In this document: positions 1 through 8,556 of the stretch, piece after piece
Numbering within the stretch: the first letter of the stretch is position 1
Layout: every line of letters starts with the position of its first letter
Program-made: the position numbers and the translations under genes
The notes under the pieces: model-generated
What the model saw: only the letters and a program-made list of their open reading frames with translations
Database searches by the model: none
What the model was told of the DNA's origin: nothing
Source: a virus
Taxonomy: Duplodnaviria > Caudoviricetes
DNA: 56,120 nucleotides
Reading direction: 5' to 3' (one strand)
Virus record (IMG/VR): IMGVR_UViG_3300021376_000071
Span: 1 to 56,120 of that record

Positions 1-118
1 TTGTGTTGGTCAATTCACCAAGTCGGGCAATCGAGGTCTCCACGACCCCATCAGGACTAGATATGAGGGCGAGAGCGACGAGGGTACGGACTTGATGGTG
101 GGTTAGGTCAGTCAGCAT
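1..118 (-). CDS. 5' part of a putative helix-turn-helix DNA-binding/replication protein (runs off the window)
   Basis: Manual translation from ATG at 118: MLTDLTHHQVRTLVALALISSPDGVVETSIARLGELTNT. Overlaps the end of the preceding gene. The pattern resembles the N-terminus of winged-HTH proteins. Confidence 0.45.
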   Translation of the reverse strand, partial: MLTDLTHHQVRTLVALALISSPDGVVETSIARLGELTNT

Positions 119-578
119 GGGGGCGACGATATTTGAACTTGCCCTCTTGGTTCACTTGGTCCATTACCATCTTATAGACGATGGCTGTGAGACTCTCTAC
201 GAAGTCCTCCAAGACCTCTGAGAGACGTTCTTCTAGCATCTCTGTCTCCGTGTCGATAAGTGCGAGACCATCTGAGATATCCCAAGACTCAATATTCCGC
301 TCTAGCAACGTGAGTACCGCGTCAAATGCTTCTTCTGAATCATCCCAAGCAAATGCTGCTATATCGCCCTTACTAATAGATACGAGAAGTTCGTCTAGTG
401 AACCGCCTTGAGTAACTGCTAATCCTCTTTGAGAGGCTGCAAGTATTACTTGGTCATGAGTTTCGTTTTCTTCCGCGATTGGTAAAACAACTTCTGTAAC
501 TGGTTTTTTGTCAAGAAGCATGCGAAGCCCCATAGTTACTTCTACATCGTCAGACGTTCCGATTACAAGCAGTTTCAT
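108..578 (-). CDS. hypothetical acidic protein
   Basis: 156-aa ORF, GGAGG RBS, TAATG-coupled to the upstream gene. Confidence 0.7.
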   Translation of the reverse strand: MKLLVIGTSDDVEVTMGLRMLLDKKPVTEVVLPIAEENETHDQVILAASQRGLAVTQGGSLDELLVSISKGDIAAFAWDDSEEAFDAVLTLLERNIESWDISDGLALIDTETEMLEERLSEVLEDFVESLTAIVYKMVMDQVNQEGKFKYRRPHAD

Positions 579-829
579 TAAAACCTCCTGATTGGCTGTA
601 TTGTGGTTGGTTTATCAAGCATGGTTGTTACTGCTAACGATACAAATGCAATTGCGGGTGCTACAACCGCTAGGTCGTAATTGTTATACCCGATTAAATA
701 CGCAAGACCTGTAGCAAACGCTAAAGATATAAAACCTTTGACTTTACCTAAGTCAATAAAGGCTTCTATTGCGATTAGAAAGTATGAAGTGCCTAGAGAG
801 GCGATGGCTATGTCTATAAGAGTGGTCAT
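578..829 (-). CDS. small membrane protein (about 3 TM helices)
   Basis: 83 aa, three hydrophobic segments; a TAGGCT -10-like hexamer 6 nt before the ATG suggests a leaderless start. Confidence 0.65.
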   Translation of the reverse strand: MTTLIDIAIASLGTSYFLIAIEAFIDLGKVKGFISLAFATGLAYLIGYNNYDLAVVAPAIAFVSLAVTTMLDKPTTIQPIRRF

Positions 830-859
830 GGGCAGAGCCTACTACCACTTAGCCAAAAA

Positions 860-3076
860 CTAAATGACTGTTTCTGAGGTTCCTTCTAGACCCTTGTAGG
901 ACCTGACTCTGTACGGCATGTTGTACGGAATCCAATCTTTGAGCGTTAAAAAGACACGTGGCATCTTCTTTAGACGACTAGGGTAGTTGTAAGAGTAGGA
1001 AGCGTGGGCTGTTCCAGACCAGAAGACACCATAATCGGCTGGCAAAGACCCATCAAAATAATCCGTTGGATAGAACGTTTGTTCGGCTTGAGTGTTATCA
1101 ATCCAAACGCTTTGTCCTGTAAGAGTGGCTGTAAGGGTAAAGGTTAAGGTTATGTTTCCAAGAACAGAGAGTCCTTCTGGAATAAACAACGATACATAAT
1201 ATCTATCCCAATCCGTTGTAACAGATATTTGTTTGTTTACTACTTCTGTATCTGGGCCATCATCATCTGCTGCCGTAAGAGCCATATTCATAGTTGTGTT
1301 AGCAGACGCTTTTAAATAACAAGAGAAGGTGTAGTTATTACCCTCAGTTAGTTTGTACGTAGTTGGTGTTTTATTAAGTATTTTGGAAAGACTAAAGTTG
1401 TTTTGACCTGTCAATAACATTGAAAATGAACCAGGAAGTCCTGGAGGAACAACCCCTACACGAGATACTGAAGAGTTAGTCGTCCATCCAGTTGTGTTTG
1501 TTTCAAATGATGGATTTGAATTGATGTTTACTTTTTCACTGCTTAAGAATATATCTAAACCACGTGCTTCATCAAAGTTAGTAGCAGTTGCTTGTGGAGC
1601 AAACTGAACCATGTCAATGTTATAGGTGTTTTGAGTTGTAAATTTAAATCTAACTGTCGCATAAACTGCAGTAACAGGTGCTGTTAGGTTCATGAAGAAC
1701 CTTTGATAAACGCCTGTAGTTCCGTTGGTGGTTGCTTCTGTAACTACAGAACTAACTTGAGTACCTAAGTAATCATGCCAAGTTACATCGGCAATAACAG
1801 TTCCGTTAGAGGCAGATGCTGCGTAGTAACTGAACCTATATGCGGTTCCACCAACTACTGGAATACCCTTAGTTACAGGGTTATCTTTTCCAAGACTGAT
1901 GTGAGATACGTCAGATATCGTTCCTGTAACAGTTCCTTCGTTTACGTTTGCTCCTGTGTTTGCGTAAGTAAAAGTAGTTGGAGAAGGAACAGAATCAATG
2001 GTGTGAGTGCCATTAAAGTCAGGCACTGAAACGCTTCCTATAGTTACACTATCGTTAGGTATCAATCCATGAGCAGCAGAAGAAGTAATGGTTGCAACGT
2101 TATTTGCTCTTGCAATTTTACTAACGGCTCCAGCAGAAGTTATAAACTTTCCAGACCAAACAGTGTTGACTGCGTTTGTTCCTGTAGGTCCTGGTTTCGT
2201 ACTGTCTGCAGTAAGATTTCCATAAGTATTTGTCCAGCGTCCAATACCTTCAGTGAATGAAGAGTCTTGAACATCAAGCATGAGATTTGGGCTAACAGTT
2301 ACTACAGGGTCATAGTTAGATACGGCTTCAATGTAGTTCTGAATACCAAGCAAAGTGCCTTTGTTTTGATATAAATAGATGGCTTCACGAATTAACTTCT
2401 TTTGATTTCGATATGGGAGACCGCGTTCTGGATACAACCCAATATTGTTTTCTAAAGGGGGCAATAAAGACGGAGGGGTTTTACGTCTTCCAAAATTTGG
2501 TTTTACTAATTCTGCATAGGTAAGAATTTGGTCAAAGGTAAAACTAAAAGGCTTTAGAAAATTATAAACAAAACTGTTTACATCAGGGACACCTGTAGGG
2601 CTTTGTTCTGCACTGGTATAAACTTTAGGCAATATCTCAAATAACTTTTTTTGACTGCCACGGTCAGAAGGCATTAGTGCAGTTGCATATCCAGCAGGGG
2701 TCCACAAATTAGAATTAGTAAATAACCAGATTGTGTAATAAATAAATTGGCCTTGTGCAACTGGTAAATCATTTATCGTATAACTGTCTAAAAAGTTGTC
2801 TTCGCCATCGGTAAAACTATTGCGATTTACTAATCCATTTAAAGAACTAGTAGACGACTGCTCCCAAAGAATAACTCCGTCTTGTTCTGTTTCTGCAAAG
2901 TTGTCGTTGTTTCTAACCAAACGGATTTTGGTAAAGTCACCAGAAGGTGCGTTCCAACTTACGTATATTTTTCCATAGTCAACGGCAGAAGCCTCCATTG
3001 GCTCTGCGTTATAAACAAGGCGAGGAGGATTACCATAAACAGCACCGCGATATACCGCACCTAAATACTTTGCCAC
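860..3076 (-). CDS. baseplate wedge protein (P2 gpI/tail-formation-like) with carbohydrate-binding-like domains
   Basis: FN3-like N-terminus; wedge motif LFEILPKVY..NFLKPFSFTFD..LIREAIYLYQNKGTLLGI; CBM-like NPSFETNTTGW..YTFSCYLK..WDRYYV..VWIDN; located in the baseplate/fibre block. Confidence 0.75.
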   Translation of the reverse strand: MAKYLGAVYRGAVYGNPPRLVYNAEPMEASAVDYGKIYVSWNAPSGDFTKIRLVRNNDNFAETEQDGVILWEQSSTSSLNGLVNRNSFTDGEDNFLDSYTINDLPVAQGQFIYYTIWLFTNSNLWTPAGYATALMPSDRGSQKKLFEILPKVYTSAEQSPTGVPDVNSFVYNFLKPFSFTFDQILTYAELVKPNFGRRKTPPSLLPPLENNIGLYPERGLPYRNQKKLIREAIYLYQNKGTLLGIQNYIEAVSNYDPVVTVSPNLMLDVQDSSFTEGIGRWTNTYGNLTADSTKPGPTGTNAVNTVWSGKFITSAGAVSKIARANNVATITSSAAHGLIPNDSVTIGSVSVPDFNGTHTIDSVPSPTTFTYANTGANVNEGTVTGTISDVSHISLGKDNPVTKGIPVVGGTAYRFSYYAASASNGTVIADVTWHDYLGTQVSSVVTEATTNGTTGVYQRFFMNLTAPVTAVYATVRFKFTTQNTYNIDMVQFAPQATATNFDEARGLDIFLSSEKVNINSNPSFETNTTGWTTNSSVSRVGVVPPGLPGSFSMLLTGQNNFSLSKILNKTPTTYKLTEGNNYTFSCYLKASANTTMNMALTAADDDGPDTEVVNKQISVTTDWDRYYVSLFIPEGLSVLGNITLTFTLTATLTGQSVWIDNTQAEQTFYPTDYFDGSLPADYGVFWSGTAHASYSYNYPSRLKKMPRVFLTLKDWIPYNMPYRVRSYKGLEGTSETVI

Positions 3077-3103
3077 TTATTCACCTCGCTTAACTAATGA
3101 CTG

Positions 3104-3556
3104 TTAAGAAGTCAATTGAAATGCGTAATACGAAATCTTTAGTGGGAACCCTGTGCCTGAGTTACTGTTTGCGACAGCAACGTTCATATCTACTTCATAA
3201 CTAAAAGATGTTGTGCTTGTGCTTTTAATAGATACAAACCCATTAACACCTGTTGTTGGGTAAATAACAGTGGCTATTACGATAGGGATTTGAGTAAAAC
3301 GACCAGCATCAAAGTTCTTAGTTCCAATAATCAGTAGGTCACCTTGTGCAGATGTAGTTAAATTTACAGTCCCAATCTCCATTGCAAGCGGGATTTGAGC
3401 AGGACGAATAATTGGCGCATTAAAAGTATTTGTTCCAGCAAAGGTATTGTCATTTACTATACGGGCATATTGAGACAGGTCAGGATAAGCAACTGAGATA
3501 GATTCCCAGTCGGTTCCGTTCCATACTCGTGCTTCTCTATAAACTGTTGTTGGCAT
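3104..3556 (-). CDS. tail fibre / small receptor-binding protein
   Basis: N-terminal VWNGTDW, NTFAGTNTF fibre motif, C-terminal F..IPIVIAT..ISYYA beta-sandwich (H-lectin/gp53-like). Confidence 0.6.
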   Translation of the reverse strand: MPTTVYREARVWNGTDWESISVAYPDLSQYARIVNDNTFAGTNTFNAPIIRPAQIPLAMEIGTVNLTTSAQGDLLIIGTKNFDAGRFTQIPIVIATVIYPTTGVNGFVSIKSTSTTSFSYEVDMNVAVANSNSGTGFPLKISYYAFQLTS

Positions 3557-3558
3557 TT

Positions 3559-3762
3559 TTATCCTCTAGGAAGTCTAATGATTTTTTTGCCATCCCATTT
3601 ATCACCAGTTAGTGGGATATCTCCCATGTCAGGTGTATGTTCAACAATTGTTGGTTCGCTTGTTAATACTGCATTAAACCGTTCGTCAGTTCGTAATACA
3701 AAGACTATTTCTCCGTCAATTACGAAAAAAACAACGTTATTTGTTACGTATTCATCAGCCAT
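3559..3762 (-). CDS. putative tail fibre assembly/accessory protein
   Basis: Start reassigned to ATG at 3762 (AAGGAG RBS); FVIDGEIV..GDKWDG pattern typical of small fibre-associated proteins. Confidence 0.55.
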   Translation of the reverse strand: MADEYVTNNVVFFVIDGEIVFVLRTDERFNAVLTSEPTIVEHTPDMGDIPLTGDKWDGKKIIRLPRG

Positions 3763-4048
3763 TTGATTCTCCTTCGTTAGTTCCAACTGTAACAGCCTCC
3801 CACTTACCTACGGGACATGAAGCGTGAGGTAATTTGCATTTTTCTTTCATAAAACACCCACATTGTTTACAGGTAGTAGTCAACTTGATTAAGTGCTCAC
3901 AGTTAAGGCATAGGTCAAGGCGTTTGTTATACGTCTCATCATCAACACGACCAATTTTTGGATTGATAAGGTCCCAAGGACGTACTGAGTCTCCTGGTTG
4001 TTTCTCTTTCCAAATGTCCCAAGGTCTTTTCTTTGGTTGGCTTGTCAT
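3755..4048 (-). CDS. Cys-rich small protein (DUF6171-like), probable metal-binding
   Basis: RLDLCLNC..CKQCGCF..KC..CPVGKW; 7 Cys. Confidence 0.65.
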   Translation of the reverse strand: MTSQPKKRPWDIWKEKQPGDSVRPWDLINPKIGRVDDETYNKRLDLCLNCEHLIKLTTTCKQCGCFMKEKCKLPHASCPVGKWEAVTVGTNEGESNG

Positions 4049-5385
4049 GCTTCGTACACCTTTACCTCTACTGAGCCGATATTGCGACCATCTTCATAGT
4101 TGCTTGGAGCACCAAGTATGCCATAAGCAGTTGCTGCAGAGGTGCTGGCTACAGTTACATTTGTCCCAACTTGTTGTGTGTAAGCGGTGTCTTTAAAGGC
4201 TCTAATAGTTATTGAGTTGGCTGTTTTTGTTGCGGTCAAGGCGTTCCAACGTTCAGTAACCTGGGTATCAGAGATAACAGAAAGGTTACCTCCTTGTTTT
4301 CTAACTACTCGAATGTAAAAGAGGTCGTTGTAAGCGGTTTCTAACCTATCCACTTCGCAAACAAATCGAGTTCCAGACTGGCAGCAACTATAGTAAGGAA
4401 CCTGTTGATATCCAGTAGAGCAGGTAGAAGGGGTTGTTGTACATACTTCTTGGACTGCAGTTCCTGTACATACAGTTTGACATACTCCTGGAATAGTGAT
4501 TGGACATTCGCACACACAAATTGTGCTTCCTGCTGAGGTAGTACATTCGCCTGGAATTGTGCGAGTACAAGTGTCTCTATCGCAGCAAACAGTTGTGTAT
4601 GTAGTAACACAATTTTGTCTTGGAAAACAACGTGTTATACCGTCTTCTCTTACACATTGAGTATCTGTAGTACATGAAACAGTAGGGGTAGAGCATCGTC
4701 TAATACAGCAGTTATAGGACTCTGTTCTATCAGGTGCACAAGTGGTTACTCCTGGAACGTAATAACAGTTAGTACAAAACGGTGCTGAATTACAACCAAC
4801 CGTGGACTCACTACACACTTGACTACATCCAGTTTGAACGGTCTGGTTTACGCATGTTGTTGTTCCTGGTGTTTCAGTTCCAAAACAAACTGTGTTGTAA
4901 CCTGCTGGTTCCGTACAGTTTGCAATGCAGTAACTTTCATTACGACCAGAAACGCAAACAGAGTATTGATAAGAGGTTCGATTGTAATAGGGATACACAG
5001 CCCACCAGTTGTTAGTGTCTGTGTAGTTAAATACAAATCCCATACCTGGAGATAATTCGTTTGCTTTTGCAATAAAATCATAAAACCCAAGGTCTATTAC
5101 TGCTAATGGGTAGTCTGTTTTTGCACCTGTGGTATTAGCAAATCCGTTGTTAATTCGCCATTGACTAGAAATTATGCTCCAGGCTTGTCCTGTTTCAGCA
5201 GTTCCTAAACTGCTTGTAGTATCGGCTCTTGAGAAGGTGTCTTTTAAATCGGCAGCCCAAAACTGTCGCCATTGCCCATCAACTTTTACATAACCAAATG
5301 CGGCTTTTTTCCAACCACCATTAACCTTTGAAAAAAGGCCAGTCCCTGCTTTAAAGTTATTACTTACCTTAGAACCAATAGCCAT
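4045..5385 (-). CDS. tail-tip/receptor-binding protein: concanavalin-like beta-sandwich with a 32-Cys insertion
   Basis: N-terminal KVNGGWKK..YVKVDGQWRQFW adaptor motif; DTFSRAD..LGTAETGQAW lectin-like core; all 32 Cys lie in residues 144-343. Confidence 0.65.
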   Translation of the reverse strand: MAIGSKVSNNFKAGTGLFSKVNGGWKKAAFGYVKVDGQWRQFWAADLKDTFSRADTTSSLGTAETGQAWSIISSQWRINNGFANTTGAKTDYPLAVIDLGFYDFIAKANELSPGMGFVFNYTDTNNWWAVYPYYNRTSYQYSVCVSGRNESYCIANCTEPAGYNTVCFGTETPGTTTCVNQTVQTGCSQVCSESTVGCNSAPFCTNCYYVPGVTTCAPDRTESYNCCIRRCSTPTVSCTTDTQCVREDGITRCFPRQNCVTTYTTVCCDRDTCTRTIPGECTTSAGSTICVCECPITIPGVCQTVCTGTAVQEVCTTTPSTCSTGYQQVPYYSCCQSGTRFVCEVDRLETAYNDLFYIRVVRKQGGNLSVISDTQVTERWNALTATKTANSITIRAFKDTAYTQQVGTNVTVASTSAATAYGILGAPSNYEDGRNIGSVEVKVYEA

Positions 5386-5394
5386 TTAGGTTCC

Positions 5395-6060
5395 TTAAGC
5401 GAGGTACTTAATCCAGATATCTCCGTTATTACCACCCGTTGGGTCTGATGTAGACACCGTGATGTTACGAAGACGAGATGACAATGCTTGGTCGCCTGTA
5501 AGTGTTCCTCCTGTAATTTGGATGGTTGTATCTGCTGAAAGAACTGCTGGAATTGAATCTGAGTCAATCCATACAGTTCCTTGAGGAAGTGCTAAAGCCG
5601 CACCATCTGGCTGAGAGTCAGACCAAATGATTGGTTTAATCTCTTGGTTATTTACGTAAATTCGTCCCTGGTTATCAACTTTAGACATAGTTGTTCCACC
5701 AGAGTTTTTGAACTGAACAAGGTCAGCACTTTGGCTTGTAAAACCTTGCACTACTAAAGGAACGCTTGCTGCGTTTGCTGGTTGAAGGGTTCCGCCTGTG
5801 TACTTGAAGTACTGGTTGTGAACATCTCCCTTGATACCTTTTTCAATATTGGCAATACGAGCAGATAAGGTTGAAAATGTAGTAGTAGTGTCATCAAAAG
5901 AACCAACATATCCACCAGAAACGTTAGGGCTAACACCTACTACTGCTTGTGTAGAAGTTACTTCATCTTGCAGAGAGTTAATGTGTTCGGCAAGAATAAT
6001 ATCGGTGAAGTCCGTCTTATTGACGAACGACTTCACGCCTGAGGGATAAACAGCGGGCAT
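5395..6060 (-). CDS. tail fibre protein
   Basis: AEHINSLQDEV baseplate-anchor motif; two P..G(D/T)(I/V)W motifs, the last being the C-terminal DPTGGNNGDIWIKY. Confidence 0.65.
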   Translation of the reverse strand: MPAVYPSGVKSFVNKTDFTDIILAEHINSLQDEVTSTQAVVGVSPNVSGGYVGSFDDTTTTFSTLSARIANIEKGIKGDVHNQYFKYTGGTLQPANAASVPLVVQGFTSQSADLVQFKNSGGTTMSKVDNQGRIYVNNQEIKPIIWSDSQPDGAALALPQGTVWIDSDSIPAVLSADTTIQITGGTLTGDQALSSRLRNITVSTSDPTGGNNGDIWIKYLA

Positions 6061-6131
6061 TTGGGTCTCCTAACTTGGTTCTATTGTCTCTGGTAAATAG
6101 GGGTTTTAGGGGCTTAACAGGGTAGTAATGA

Positions 6132-6617
6132 TTATGGATGGCTATGGCTAATACTTGCTTTTTGAGTTATTTGAGATTCTAAAGCAACAATGCGTGTTTG
6201 GTGGTCTTTTAAAGCAGCAGCCATGGCTAGTAAGGTAGCAATAAGGTCAATTTCTGTAGTTCCATTTACAGTACTTTCTGTTTTAAAATATGGAGTTAAT
6301 CCTGTTAAAGAAACAGAGTCTGACAAAACTTTTACGTTTACACGTTTTCCTTTTTTGGGTTTTCCAAAGACACCTGCCCATACTGGATAAGCGGGGTCTC
6401 CACCCTCAAAAACAATCCAGACACCTTCACCAACGTCAGGAACTTGAGTTTTAAGACTTGACGTTTCTAAAGGCCATGCCCAATTGGTAGTAATGCCATC
6501 ACTGAGCATAGGTATTTGAACTTTAATTCTTCTATGTCCTTCTGGGTCTTTGTTATTTACAACAATGCCTCTATAAGTTCCGTAGAACTTTATAGAGTCG
6601 CTTATATTTAACGGCAT
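6132..6617 (-). CDS. baseplate central spike (gpV/gp5 OB-fold)
   Basis: YGTYRGIVVNNKDP..RIKVQIP..WAWP..PDVGEGVWIVFEGGDPAYPVW; C-terminal HSH. Confidence 0.85.
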   Translation of the reverse strand: MPLNISDSIKFYGTYRGIVVNNKDPEGHRRIKVQIPMLSDGITTNWAWPLETSSLKTQVPDVGEGVWIVFEGGDPAYPVWAGVFGKPKKGKRVNVKVLSDSVSLTGLTPYFKTESTVNGTTEIDLIATLLAMAAALKDHQTRIVALESQITQKASISHSHP

Positions 6618-8155
6618 TAAATAGCCTCAAGTAAGATATCTGGTTCAGCAAATGTAAGGACTTCATTGTTTAAGGCTTGAATTTGAGAAAGGCTTGGAGT
6701 TCCACCGCTTTTGTATAAGAACTGAATTTTTGCACGTGTAATACCAGGGATATTTTGAATAACAAACTCAACATCTTGAGCAGTAATTAACTCTCCAAAT
6801 TCAACATAGTTATAACTAAAGTTGTTTACTATTGCGGACCTTAAATTATTTTCAGCAACTGCTTGTGTATAAACAGAGTCGCGTGTGTATTGAATGTTCA
6901 TAGTTACTGGAACATAGGTAGGCTGTGTATAAGTAACGGTTACCCCAGCAAGAGTTCTATCAGCCAAAAACGACGTAACGCTGTCTCTCATGCTTGTCCA
7001 TTCAGATGTAGGAGTACCAGAAGATAAGCCTGGTGTTGCATCTCCGTCGTTGTCATCACGCTCTGGTGCAATGTAAAGAGTTACTGAGGTGTAGCCACTA
7101 GAAACAGCCTTTGCTTTACCGCAGTTATCTACAGATAAAGCCAGGTTTTCATAATCGTCTAGGGTTATTGCACGTCCTAATGTTCTTAAGAACTTCGGAG
7201 CATTTCTACGTATTGAATCATCAGACTCTGGGTCTGAACCACCAGTTCCCACAGAAGTATTAGCAACGTCAATAACTCCAGCAATTGCCGTTATTTGAGA
7301 TTCTGATAATCCTGGGATATAGGCTAAGGTATCAATAGTGTTTTGAGAAACATTGCCGAGTAGCCCTCCACCTGCAGTATAGACCGCTTTAACTGTTGCA
7401 TGAATAGTTGGGATGGCTCCTGAAACACCGTCTCCAAATAAAACAAATATTTTATTATCTTTATCAAAACGCGTTGTAAAAACAGCGTCGTTAGGACCGA
7501 AGTCAATTAGGTGTTGAACTTTTGTCCATTTTTTAAAGGTGTTTCCGCTTTCTACGTAAACCTCAATACTGTCAGAAACAACTGGGTCATCATCTAAGTT
7601 AAAGGTTTGGTCAGCCGTTCCATCAGAGTCGCCAAGGTCTACTCCGTAGATGCTTCCTGCTTCAACAGTGTTGTAAGCACCCTCTTCACTAAGAATTAAG
7701 ACCTCTCCCCGTGTACTGCCTACTGCTGCTGGAACAGTGGCATTTGCAAGGGTTGAAAATGTAACGGTTTGAACAGAAGTTTCTCCAATTACTTCTCCAG
7801 TAACACGAGTACCAGCAGGAAGGACTATCTGAGTTCCTGAGTTGTTATAGAAAGTAATAAAGCATGTTGCGTTTTTATAACCAGTTGGGGTGTAACCGTA
7901 AGTCTCTGCTAAAGCCAAAATAGTATCGCGTTGAGTTGCGGTTGCAATAAACTGCTCGTTAGCAACACGGTCAATGTAATAACTAGCAATGTCTCCCATG
8001 TAAGCAAAGGCTTCAATTAACGCTAGACCAAAGTCAGATTGGTCATTACCCGACCACTCAGGGATGTTCTTTTTAACGCGAGCAATTAACTCTTCACGAA
8101 TCGCGAAAAAGTCTCGGTTTGTGTAATCAACCGTTACTGGTGTGTCTTCAGCCAT
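6617..8155 (-). CDS. baseplate J-like wedge protein
   Basis: VDYTNRDF..DFGLALIEAFAY..FGDG..GGSDPES..RAITLDDYE. Confidence 0.92.
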   Translation of the reverse strand: MAEDTPVTVDYTNRDFFAIREELIARVKKNIPEWSGNDQSDFGLALIEAFAYMGDIASYYIDRVANEQFIATATQRDTILALAETYGYTPTGYKNATCFITFYNNSGTQIVLPAGTRVTGEVIGETSVQTVTFSTLANATVPAAVGSTRGEVLILSEEGAYNTVEAGSIYGVDLGDSDGTADQTFNLDDDPVVSDSIEVYVESGNTFKKWTKVQHLIDFGPNDAVFTTRFDKDNKIFVLFGDGVSGAIPTIHATVKAVYTAGGGLLGNVSQNTIDTLAYIPGLSESQITAIAGVIDVANTSVGTGGSDPESDDSIRRNAPKFLRTLGRAITLDDYENLALSVDNCGKAKAVSSGYTSVTLYIAPERDDNDGDATPGLSSGTPTSEWTSMRDSVTSFLADRTLAGVTVTYTQPTYVPVTMNIQYTRDSVYTQAVAENNLRSAIVNNFSYNYVEFGELITAQDVEFVIQNIPGITRAKIQFLYKSGGTPSLSQIQALNNEVLTFAEPDILLEAI

Positions 8156-8556
8156 TATAAGTTCTCCTGTGCTGGTGGGTTTTTTCCACCAATAGCGGTA
8201 AGTGCTACGGCAGTTTTTTGAACTTCCTTATTAGGCAAACTGTAAACAATATCCACCACGATTGTTCCGTTTTCCACGTTTTCTTCAATTATAGACTCAA
8301 TATAAGTAAGATTTGGCAGTAAATTGATAAATGCTTCCTGTATTTCAACATCTATTTGCTGAAATGCTGAATCTGTGCCTTTAAATAAAGCAGCCGAAAT
8401 GGTTGTTCCATATTCTGGGAACATCACTCTTTCACTCTGCAAGGTCCCAATTGCAGACAAAACTCTGTCGGCCCAAATTTTTGACTGTAATTGAGTGGCT
8501 TGAATAGTCCCGTAAGGACTTAAGGACATAGGTAAACTGATTGCACGTTCTGCCAT
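8155..8556 (-). CDS. baseplate wedge/sheath initiator (gp25/gpW-like)
   Basis: GTLQSERVMFPEYG motif; start at 8556 coupled to the hub gene. Confidence 0.85.
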   Translation of the reverse strand: MAERAISLPMSLSPYGTIQATQLQSKIWADRVLSAIGTLQSERVMFPEYGTTISAALFKGTDSAFQQIDVEIQEAFINLLPNLTYIESIIEENVENGTIVVDIVYSLPNKEVQKTAVALTAIGGKNPPAQENL

